This document shows, piece after piece, positions 26,806 through 37,894 of a stretch of 64,000 nt of DNA; the stretch's first letter is position 1, and the number at the start of each line of letters is the position of its first letter. Made by a program: the position numbers and the translations under genes. The stretch covers positions 18,788,001-18,852,000 of the forward strand of contig NW_024704743.1 in NCBI RefSeq assembly GCF_018977255.1. The letters are read 5' to 3'. The notes below the pieces were generated by a model that saw only the letters and a program-made list of their open reading frames with translations, had not been told where the DNA came from and did not search any database. The DNA is from Callorhinchus milii. Lineage: Eukaryota.

Positions 26806-27339
26806 ATTCTCCTTTGGCAGATAGCTTATTGGTGTTATTATTGACCCAATAGTCTGTTTTTGAACTATTGTATTTAATTATTTTTAAAACTTCACTAACT
26901 TATTAAAGGTGATGTAATTTGCAATATTTCTTAATATATGTCTTCATAAGAAATGTACTGTGTATTCGATGTTTTAGAAATTGCAATAATTATTGGCGTT
27001 TTTTTAAGAAATATTCCAGAAAATTATCGTCCAAATTAAAACAGAATTTGAGAAATTTCTAAAATTTCTGCATCGACTTAAATTTTAAGGCAACGTTCTT
27101 AAGGTTAAAATCATGCAGTTCTTCAGTCCTCTGCATGCTAAAGATGTTGCTGCTCAAGTGAATATTTGTGTACTTCTATTAAAGTCACGCACGTTGGTGG
27201 CTTTGTAAAGTTTACGTACTCGAACACAAATTTTTGCCCTACCTCTATATTTATCAAATTAATCACTGGAATGGCTCTTTGTTGTTTTTAAACAAGCATC
27301 CATCTAGGTTAAGTTGACTGTCGTGTGGTTCCTGGCTAG

Positions 27340-27517
27340 GTTTGCTTTTCTGGTGAGAAGCTAGTGGAAATTTTCCTAAATGGCAATGAATCTGCAATTT
27401 CAAAAGAACACTTCAGCCACATCAGTCCAGCTATTATTCAGCAGCTGCTCAGTGGAGCTTGTCAACACAGTGAAGAGGAACATATGCAATCCAGGGTTCC
27501 ACCAACTATTGCCGAGA
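27340..27517 (+). CDS. slc39a12: slc39a12 coding exon 5 (VCFSGEKLVEIF...ISPAIIQQLLSGAC...PPTIAE)
   Basis: ctAG acceptor, GA|GTAAGT donor, 178 nt; contains the PAL-like motif; missed by the ORF track. Confidence 0.92.
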
Positions 27518-28899
27518 GTAAGTTGTACTGAATAACATGATTTTTTTTGCTATGGATTTGTGTAATAACACAGTCAGAACTCCTGTAGGTGGTGCCAGGA
27601 TAAGTCTCTAGCCTCATGCTCCCTGAGCCCTGTTTATACTGCTCATTGGCAGTGAATTACTGCTCCAAACCAACAACCACAGCATTACTTTTGTATAATG
27701 CTTTTCACATTGAGAGGAAGTCCCAAAGCGCTGGACAATCAATGTTTCAGACCACAGCAACTGCCTGAAAAATTCCTGTATCAATATGTCGTTAGAGAGA
27801 CAAAGAGACGGTAAATGTATACTGTTAAGTCTCAGCATGGTTTCACGCTGGCCGTTGGCTCCAACACACAGTTTAATATTGTACGTACAATGCATGTCAA
27901 GAGGAATTACAAAGTCAATATATGGCAAAGTCTAAAATAAAATAAATATTGAGATTGAAAATAAAAGAAATCAAAAAAACAAATCACCACAAATTCTGCA
28001 TAGCCATTTTAATGGAAAAATTTTAATTTATTAAAAATATTTTGAATACATTTTCATACAGAATTTATTTCAGTATTACATAATACCTTACCAACAATTG
28101 AGTGCTAAATTTCTCAAGTTCTCTTTGAGTCCCTCGTAACCTGGAATATTCTGATTTAAGCAGTTGGCCATTACGTGTGACTGTGATAAGGCAGATATGG
28201 ACAACGACATGGGCAAAGGTGACAGTGATCAGTGCTCTGAAATGAGTTATGAGGGGTGTTTGGACTTTGGTGACGCAGAAAAATTGGCCCTGCCGTGATG
28301 ATTGGGGGGAAATTTACAGATCTGTGCCCTGGTAATGAAACACACAGCCACTACACTTTGCAATCTATCTGGTGAAACCCTTTGGCGAGTGCTCCTGATG
28401 TGAAAGGCGCTATACAAATGGTAATGATTATTATTATATTGTTCAGCCTGGTCGGGTCTTCTGTCCTTAGTATCCTCTGCTCGTACCATCAGCAGCCGTG
28501 CTTTCAGCCACTATGGCCTGACCTCTTGAACTCTTTGCCTCAATCGCTCCACTTTGCCCCTCTTTACGCATCTTCAGATCGCACTTCACACTGCAGAAAA
28601 AAAGAACAGAACATGTTTCCTTTTCCTTTTCTTTCCCTGGAGGCAGAGATTCAAACTGCTGTATAGTTCCATGGGTAGCAACTATTCTAGTACCCCAATC
28701 AACTGACCACTCTTAGTGTATGATTCAATCACTGGAGCCATCAGAGCCGAAGACACATTGCAGAGACACAAACAAACACACACAAACACACCATAAACTT
28801 GGGAAAGATTAGGGATCATACCTGATAACTTCTTGCTGTGTATTTGTACATATTAGCATGATTATTCAAAGTGGTTAACTGGACTCTCTGTTTTTCTAG

Positions 28900-29072
28900 A
28901 ATATGGATATAGTACAGTGGCTGTCGCTATCATCACTGTGGGTTCAATGTGCGGCATCACACTAATTGCTTTCAACTCTTGCAATGAGCTATACAAACTC
29001 ATTCTGCAGCTGTTTGTAGGCACCGCTGTTGGTACACTCTCAGGTGATGCACTGTTGCATCTTTTACCACAG
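28900..29072 (+). CDS. slc39a12: slc39a12 coding exon 6 (KYGYSTVAV...[16 protein letters not shown]1-TM2)
   Basis: tttttctAG acceptor, CAG|GTGAGT donor, 173 nt. Confidence 0.96.
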
Positions 29073-29967
29073 GTGAGTGAGGAATTATATATATTACAAT
29101 ACAGCCTTAGAGAGATTGTCTGCGCTAGGAAACCTCCAAACATAGGGGCCAGGAAATGATAATGTCACGTGGGTTCCAGATGCTTTTAAGGATTCCTCCA
29201 AACTTATTATGCACATACGTACATAAACCACCGAAATGAATAGGTCACAATAACTTGTGGTAAAATAATTCTTTATTAGTGAAAATGTATTCCAGTGTTA
29301 AAATTTAATTGCATAAAATTTCAGGAAAGATCAAGAACAAAGAGGGATACATTTTGTTCCTGGTAGTTTTTCCTCCTTCCAAAAAGCATTTTTCATTATG
29401 GTAAATGGTCATATCTTACCTATTGAGGGCAGGCAAGCTAAATTGAGTTAAACTGCAATCTAAAATCCAGACCAAGCACGGCACTTTGACCTCATGGTCT
29501 AGGCAGACACTCCTATGCACTGTTGGGGGAGTGCTGTAATGTCAGAGGTGCCATCCCTAGGATGAGACATTAAAATGTAGTTAAAGATCCCATGATGCTA
29601 TTCAAAAAGAGAAGGGAGTTACACTATCCTGATTAATTCGTCATTCATCACATGGTTCATTTGAGACCTTGCCAACTCAATTAACTACTATGTTCTTCCA
29701 CAAAAATCTTGATATTAATTACATACAATGTGCTTTGAGTTGTTTCGACTTGACAAGGAATGCAAGTTCTTGTTTTGCTTTCTAGTCATTCTTTAGCTGA
29801 TTTACACACAATTTGGGGTCTGGGTTTGGATGGAGTCCATATCTGGAATAAATTGTACTACAAAAAATTTGCATTGAGCTGGAAGGCATAACATTTCTCA
29901 GTTAATTTTCCAAAAGACATAAATCAATAATTTAATGAAGTTTCATTTTCCTTCTCTTGGGCACAAG

Positions 29968-30144
29968 ATTCTTGACCTACATGGACACGAACCTGGGCAT
30001 GAACATGAGCATGGGCCAGGGGAGTCTGACCATTTTGCTGAAGGCAAAGAGTACCTCTGGAAAATGCTTGGTGTAATTGGAGGAATCTATGGCTTTTTTC
30101 TAATTGAGAAACTATTCATTCTCATCGTGACGTTGAGGGGTCAG
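29968..30144 (+). CDS. slc39a12: slc39a12 coding exon 7 (ILDLHGHEPGHEHEHG...WKMLGVIGGIYGFFLIEK; TM3)
   Basis: Pyrimidine tract plus aAG acceptor, CAG|GTAAGA donor, 177 nt. Confidence 0.92.
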
Positions 30145-30847
30145 GTAAGAAACGAAATAGTCAATTACAAAATACACAGTCACTAGTCTTCATGTTAAAA
30201 TCCTGTGAAGCACATCAAACACATTATGAAACACTGCCATTTTATTACAACAACAACAAATTATGTTTGTATAGCACTTTTCACGTGAAGAGGATATCCC
30301 AAGGCGCTGGGCAGTTACGGATCCACGGTCAGAGATTTACCCTTTTACCCTTTTTGTTTCTTATATAGTCAAGATACATTTACAATAGGTCTGTCCGATT
30401 GACAGATTAAACCTAGATTTGTGTTTGTAAATATGTTGAGGTGAATGACATGTCAATGTATTATTCACAGACAACTTGCATGTTAAAGCAATTCAAGGGC
30501 TTTTCCACCAACTCTCAAGATTGCAGGTTTATCTTTTGAATCAAAATACCAGTGGAGTTTAGGAACAAGTTAAAAACCATGAGGAAACTGGGGTACGATT
30601 TTTGTGAGCTTACTGTTTGATAGAGCCAAGGCATTTGCCTTCATGAAGCTTACTGACATATTTTATGAAAATAGCTTCTCTAAATTCAAAGGAAGTGCCA
30701 CAAAGAATTATCTTTCCTTCAGATTGTCGAAGCAGGGGGTCCCTCTGCAAGAGCCAAGTTTTCTTTACAGAGCTCAAATTATACAACTTACTTTGTACAG
30801 TTTCCAGCTACCTATTTGAACAGCCAAGAGGAACAGACAAATTACTA

Positions 30848-31372
30848 GGGGTAAATACTTCAGATGCTGGAAATCTGAAACAAAAACAGAAGTCGCTGGG
30901 AACACTCAGCAAGTCAGGCAGCATCTATGGAGAAAGGAAAGTGAGTCAACTTTTTGGGTCCACAACCCTCCATCAGAACTGGGGCATGTTGGGAATGAGA
31001 GGCTTTTAAGGACTAACAGAGAGGAGATACAATACCTGCCCTTTCACCGCCTCCCATGCCACTGTCCAGGGCCCCAAATACAGTTTTCAAGTGAGACAGC
31101 GATTTACGTGTTCTACAACAACAACAACAAAATTACATTTGTATAGTGCCTTTCGTGTTGGGAGGACGTCCCAAGGCGCTGATGTAGTTTACTGCATTCG
31201 CTGCTCACGATGTGGTCTCCTCTACAGTGGGGAGATCAAACGCAGATTGGGTGACTGATTTGCTTTGTTCTGTCCACAAGCACAACACTGAGCTTCCGAT
31301 TTCTTGCCACTTCAACTCTCCCTCCCACTCGCACTCTGACCTCTCCATCCCTGGTCTCCTATGCTTCTAGGC
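30848..31372 (+). mobile_element. Penelope-like element fragment: inverted terminal segment plus GIY-YIG endonuclease remnant
   Basis: 31184 onward translates VVYCIRCSRCGLLYSGEIKRRLGD*, later HFNSPSHS; upstream TCPF...FQVRQRFTC; interrupted by an L2 tail at 31116-31181. Confidence 0.85.
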
Positions 31373-31477
31373 TAAATGGTGTATGCTGTTCATATCTTAT
31401 GTTTTTATTAAAAATTGGTAGAACGTCTCCATTTGTCTCACTAAAACAAAATATTTTTCCCTCCTTCTCCAAACTAG

Positions 31478-31585
31478 ACTCATTCCTTTGCAACTGGACA
31501 CTTGGGGCATTCCCATGATCTTCCATTGGTATCAAACTTGAACAGTCAAACAGAGAGGAATAAATCTATTTCCACCATGCAATTG
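31478..31585 (+). CDS. slc39a12: slc39a12 coding exon 8 (THSFATGHLGHSHDL...KSISTMQL; TM3-TM4 loop)
   Basis: ctAG acceptor, TTG|GTAAGT donor, 108 nt, phase 0-0. Confidence 0.9.
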
Positions 31586-32002
31586 GTAAGTACTCAAATT
31601 TGTGCTGCTTACTCCTCAAACATACATCCAGTAAGATGATAAAGCAGAACAAGAAAAAATGATTATGAATTGATTTCATATACAGGTATTTAATGTCATT
31701 TAATGGGGTGGACTTTAAATATCAACATACCCAGGCTAGACTAGTCCCATGATTTCTAATAGTATCTAATATATACTTTGACTCTTTCTAAGATCTCATG
31801 CTTTTGTTGCACATATTATTCATTCCACCAATTTTCCTCCAACTTTTCTCCTCCATCCTCCTCCCAAAGACATTTGACTCCTTTTCCATCTAATTGGGTA
31901 TGGCTCCACTGGTGCTGATCACGCTTCAAGATCTTCTTCAAGTGACCATTATTCAGTTTTGGGAAAGCATTAAAATATTCTTGTCAAATTTTCTATAAAC
32001 AG

Positions 32003-32078
32003 GGAAATCCAGAAGATTCAGAAAATACTGAAGTGGCCACCAATGAGGCAGCAAACATTGAGTTTGAGAATGACAAAA
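32003..32078 (+). CDS. slc39a12: slc39a12 coding exon 9 (GNPEDSENTEV...ENDK)
   Basis: aacAG acceptor, AA|GTAAGT donor, 76 nt, phase 0-1. Confidence 0.85.
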
Positions 32079-32484
32079 GTAAGTGGATTTCACAAAGACA
32101 ACAAACAACAACTCTTACTGAGTATTTCATTTCAATCTAAACAGAAAATCCATCCTATAGGTTTGACATAGACTGTACCAAACAACAGGCATATTCTTGA
32201 TAGTTGAATAAGTCAATGCGTTACAGAAGATAGTTATTGGATTATTGTATTAATGTATTGTAAACTGATAACCCACTAGAATCACACGTAAACAGAATGC
32301 ACCAAGACAAAGTTGGCTGAAGAATGAATGCTGAGCTAGTAGAGTTGGAGGATTGCCTAGCAGGGACAGGGAACACTAACAAACTTAAAGGTATCTGGTT
32401 TCATGATTTGGTGCCTGCTTTTGCCCACAGCCTTCTCTATGCTTCACTGGGACAGAGATTCTTCCCGTTCAGTTCCTATTAACC

Positions 32485-33760
32485 CTTCTAGTTAACAAAC
32501 CGCCAACAATACATCTCGGCAAATGGTTTTTCCTCTCATCTCTGCCCAGTCACCTGCGGGGTACCCCAAGGCTCCATCCCTGACCCCCTTCTTTTCCTGG
32601 TCTACATGCTCCCTCTTGGTGATGTCATTCACAGACATGGGGTCAACTTCCACATATATGTGTTTGACACCCTATTTCTCCTCCAGCTGCAACTCCCAGT
32701 CCACTGATATCCTGTCAGCTTGTCTGATGGACATCAAGGTCTGGATGAGCGCAACTTTCCTGCAGCTGAATAATAACAATAATCCTTGCATTTGGTATAT
32801 TATCACATCTTCGAGACATCTCAAAACGCTTCACAGAATATACTGTAAAGTGAATTGACTGTATATTTTGTGGACAAATTGCGGCAGTCAATTGTGCACA
32901 GCAGTGGATTGAGTGACTAAATTATTCTTATTATTAATATGTCAACAAGACAGAAGCCATATTCTTTGGCTCCCGTCAATGTCTTCTCTCCTGCAGTTCT
33001 GAACTCCTCAACCCCCCAGGCTGTCCCTCAGATTCACCGAAACTGTGCGCAACTTAGGCATCAGGTTCGATCCCCAGCTTTCCTTTTTACCCCACATCCG
33101 TTCGCTGACCAGGACTGCTTTTTTTTCCACCTCTGTCACAATGCCTGCCTCCATCGGTACCTCGCAACCGACACAGCTGAAACCCTTGTCCACGCCTTCG
33201 TCACTTACCGGCTGGTCTATTCCAATGTCCTCCTCGCTGGTCTCCCATACACAAAATTCAATTAATTCAAAACTCCGACGCCTGGATACTCACCCACACA
33301 AAACTCTGTACCCCTATCACACCAGTCCTTGCCAGGCTCCACTGGGACCCAATTACCGAACGGATCGATTTCAAGATCCTCTCACTCGTTTTCAAATCCC
33401 TTCATGCCCTCGCACCTCCCAACCTATCCGAGTTGCTTACCCCCTACTCCACCATTTGCTGCCTCCAGTTGGCTGGCTCCAACCTCCTGTTTGTCCCTCG
33501 TGCCCTTCACTCCACCATCGGTGCCCATGCCTTCAGCCACTGGGCCCCAAATCTCTGGAACTATCACCCTCAATCTGTTTTGCTTTGCTCCCTCCCTCCC
33601 CACCATCAAAACCCAACTAAAGATCTTCCTTTTTGATCGTGCTTACGGTCACCTCCCCCCTCCCTCTCCCCCTGGCTCGGGGTCAGACTCCACCACTGTC
33701 AAGCACTCCGGGATGCTGACCTGTGTGAAGGGCGATATATAAATGCAAGTTGTTGTTGTT
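32485..33760 (+). mobile_element. L2 LINE 3' part with a SINE fragment (32770-32938, -) inserted
   Basis: GVPQGS-like remnant, RNLGIRFDPQLSF, LVHAFVTYRL and (TTG)n tail. Confidence 0.88.
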
Positions 33761-35598
33761 ACAAGCCCTAATGGGTAGGGTGGCCCAAGCTGGACAAGCA
33801 GCTGGAAGTTTGCCACGCAGTGCTCGCAATGGTCAGTTATGAGTTTTCAGCTGGTTGAACCCCATCAGTATCTTATGCAAAAATTCTGGGATCCCCAAGT
33901 CATGGCTCTCACTAACCTGAGCCTAATACTCTCTGAAAGTAGATAAGTAGGGTCCAGCCCTCCAGGGAGAGAGTGCACATTCCATTCCAGATCCAGGAAA
34001 TTTCCATGTGTAGGTGGCACATGTTTGTGGTGTGGTTTGGATACACCAGTAATAGGTTTCCACATGTTTCAGACACCTGACTGACCATAAAACATTCTAT
34101 TCCTTGCTCTCACTTACAGTTTCCTCCTTGATTGTCCTATACCACTGAGTACCTGATCTCAGTTGTAATATAATTAAGGAGGTCTAAGCAGGCTTTGCAC
34201 CCTCTTAGGAGTATTTGATATAGTCCAGGGAACATATGTTAAGTGAAATAGTTGCATTATTCACTAATTGTCGATTCCATTTTATCCACTAATTGTGGCA
34301 GAGTTTATTTCATATACACACACGAGGGGAAAGGGAATAAAGGAGCAATAATGGATCTCTCTTGTGATCTGTGTGTTCTTAATTTTAACAACTCCAAACT
34401 AAAAATTGGTCTCATCTGCCTGAAAAATTTGTATAACCCTGACAAAACATATCAAAGTGTTTCACTATAATTACTGTCAGGTGTAGCAGGACAAGGTTCC
34501 ACAAATTGCTATGAAGTAGATGACAAGAAAGAAATAATCTGTGCATTTAATCCGTGGAACAGTATCTCTGACAATGCATTGCTCTCCCAGTATGTGTAGG
34601 TGGGATGCATGGAAATCTCAGCTTGGTTTGGATACTCTTAAGCATGGTGAGTGGTTTCCACATGCATCTGAACTTAAACCGACAAACATCTGGCTCAGAT
34701 GCCAGAGTGTTACTAACTGAGCCAGATTAATTATTGTTCCAATTATTGGGTAGCATATTGTGAGAAACCCCTGTCTCTTTTCAAATAGTGCCGTGGATTC
34801 TTTACACGAACAGTACCTTGTTTTAACCTCTCACCTCCAATAACGCAACACCTGCAGTGTCAGGCTAGACGATGACCTCACATTGGTTTTTAGACCACTA
34901 CCTTCTGCCCAGAAGCGAGGATGCTACCAACTGAGTCAGATAGGATGTTGACTTAACAGACTCATCATTTTTTGGGGTCAGCCGGGTGTTTGACACATGT
35001 GGAAACCCATCACCATGCTTAAGAGTATCCAAACCAAGCTGAGATTTCCATGCATCCCACCTACACATGAAAATCCCAGAGATAGATTGTTGGAATGAAA
35101 TGCGCACTCTCGCCCTGGAGGGACACTTCCTGTTTACCTAATTGCAGAAAGTATTACTGCAGGTTGGCAAGTGCCAAGCCTTGGGGACTCCAGAGTGTGA
35201 TTTGGGGTACTGCTGGAGTCTAACTAGCTAAAATCGCATCGCTTGCCATTGATATCGCTGTCTGGCAAGCTTTACCGCTGCATGTTCAGTTAAGACTATC
35301 CTACCCGTTAGGGCTTTGGCCTGCAGGGTTTGCTTATGACAATATCAGTCTATATATTGCATCAAAGACTCGAGGCAAGATGTACAGACTGAGCGAAAGT
35401 AATTATTCAAATAGTTTGACCTCCAGTATTGTATTTTACATTAAAGTTTCTTGTCATTTGAAGGAAAGGCTGTTAACAAACTCCAACCGAAGTAAACATT
35501 ACATCCAACATTTTTGAAGTAACTGAGAAAAAGGCAAAACAGATGCACTTTCAGTCAAAGCTTCTCTTCTGACAGAGTAACAACGTATTCTTCCACAG

Positions 35599-35757
35599 AG
35601 AACGGGTTGAACATGCTGGCTATCATGATCTTGGTTGGAGACGGGCTGCACAACTTTGCTGATGGCCTGGCTATTGGTGCAGCTTTTTCATCTACAGTTG
35701 AGACTGGTATTGCTACCACCATTGCTATTTTGTTCCACGAGATTCCTCATGAAATGG
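35599..35757 (+). CDS. slc39a12: slc39a12 coding exon 10 (TM4 [12 protein letters not shown]5 FHEIPHEMG)
   Basis: ttcttccacAG acceptor, G|GTAGGT donor, 159 nt; LIV-1 HExPHE signature. Confidence 0.97.
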
Positions 35758-36029
35758 GTAGGTTCACAGTAACTGTCCAATTTTTAACATTTACCGTTGC
35801 CGTGTTGAAATCTATGATAGGATAACTATATTCTGTGCTAAAATTCCTTTGAGCTACATTTAGCAACTCTGGGGTGAAGATTTAATGTGATACTTATCAA
35901 AAGCTGCTTTAAGTTCAGGTTAAATTGGACCAATTCCATTCATTATGCAACTGGTACTATTTTAGAACATGCTAAACATTAGTTTAGAAATTGCAATATG
36001 TGTCTTGTTAATTGTTATCAATGATTAGC

Positions 36030-36672
36030 TCAATCTCCACAAACGGTTTCTCCTCCAGCCCCTGCACCATCTTGTGCAGCGTTCCTTAGGGCTCTGTCCT
36101 TGATCCCCTCCTTTTCAATATCTATATGATCCTCTTGGTGACATCATCCGCAGACAAGGGGTCAACTTCCAACTCTATCTCTCTGCCTCCACCCTCAACT
36201 CCAGGACCACTGCTGCCCTGACTGAATGTCTGTCAGACATCAAGTCCTGGATGAGAGCTACTTTCTACAGTTGAACGTAAACAAGACTGAGGCTCTCCTG
36301 ATTGGCTCCCATCAGCACCTCCACACCTCAGGCACTGACAGCATCACCATCCATGGATGCACACTCCACCTCACTGAGCCAGTCCAGAACCTTGAGATCT
36401 TGTTTGATTCATTGGAGATCGGGCCTTCTGCACTCTGCCCCACCTTCTGGAACTCCAACCCACAGTCCCTCCGCCTCGACCCCTACCTTGCCCTCTTCAA
36501 GAACCATCTCAAGACCTTCTTCTTCAACTGTGCTTTCGATCACCCTGCTTCCCCTCCACCCTCCCCGATCCCAACCCCCAGCTTGAATCCAAAATTCTGA
36601 TTGCCCAGCACCTTGGGACATCCTTCTGATGTGAAATGCGCTATACAAATGTAATTTTGTTGCTGTTGTTGC
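36030..36672 (+). mobile_element. Internally deleted L2 fragment
   Basis: FLQLNVNKTEALLIG remnant plus tail. Confidence 0.8.
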
Positions 36673-37706
36673 CGTTGATTGTTGAGAAATGTAGAACAAG
36701 AGGACTTAGATTTAGAGTTGTAAAGGGTCATTTCAGGACAGATACCAGAAAGTTTTTCTTTACACAGAGGATTTACTTTCCTCAGTGACTGCAATAGTTT
36801 ACCAGGAACCATATTCGAGACCAGAACATAAGACGCATTTAAAAATAAACTTGATGCAGTAATGAGGGGACAGTAGGGTGGGTGTTTGGAAAGGATGAAA
36901 TTGGATGGGCTGAAAGATCTTCTTCATCCAAACCAATCTTGTGATTCGCCTATGACTCCATGAAGTAACTTGTGTCTGAAGCTGCCCATAGTGACCATTG
37001 CACCTGCCAGCCCGACAATCATAACATTCAATACCATTTCATGAGATCCTGGCTAGACTCAATCAAAATACTCAAAGTAAAGTGGGAAACCTGTCAACCA
37101 GTGTCCAATGTTGGAATATTCAACTGCTACTTAGGGTTAGGGGCATCCAGATCCAACAATTGTGACAGAGTCAGGGGGACCAGTCCATTGCCAGTCTACA
37201 GTTCTGGATTGTCTTCTTTGGCCACATTTAGTATTAATGTGATGATTCTCACAGGTTGAAATTTTCAACCCTGTTATTAGAAAGCTCTCCCAACCCCATA
37301 ATCACTGCCCAGCAAGAATTTAAACTGTATATGTACAGAAAATAGAACCATAGATGTAACTGATTATGGTTCTATGTCTATAACATTTTGGTTGGAATAT
37401 ACCTTTATAGCTCAGATGAATATTTTACCTGTTTCACAGTTAGAAAAGTGTTGAATTGGGACTTTAAGCAATTCATGTTGTAATTTTTTTAATGAATTGA
37501 ATTGAGCGCAGGTGCATTAAAGTAATTCAGAGTCTCTACTGGCAATAGTAATAATGTTATAGTATTTGCAAAACCCTAAATTCTAATTTAAAAAAAAGCT
37601 TGGCATAGAATATGGTGTAATACTTCCCTGGTTCCATTGGATTTGCATGGATTTTGTGTTGCATTTCTTGCCGTTTCTCACTGTAATATTTTATTTTTTT
37701 ATGCAG

Positions 37707-37894
37707 GGGATTTTGCTGTACTGCTGAACTCCGGCTTAACTGTAAAGGTTGCGATGTTGATGAACTTTATTAGTGCATTAACGGCCTTCGTTGGACTCTA
37801 CATTGGACTCTCTCTGTCAACCGACCCCTCTGTTCAACAGTGGATTTTTACTGTCACAGCAGGGATGTTTCTCTACCTGTCATTGGTAGAAATG
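37707..37894 (+). CDS. slc39a12: slc39a12 coding exon 11 (GDFAVLL...[14 protein letters not shown]6-TM7)
   Basis: tttttttatgcAG acceptor, ATG|GTGAGT donor, 188 nt. Confidence 0.97.

Noticed and set aside
37342..37375. 11-bp perfect hairpin ATAGAACCATA/TATGGTTCTAT
   Set aside because: Too short to assign; it could be chance or a tiny MITE remnant.
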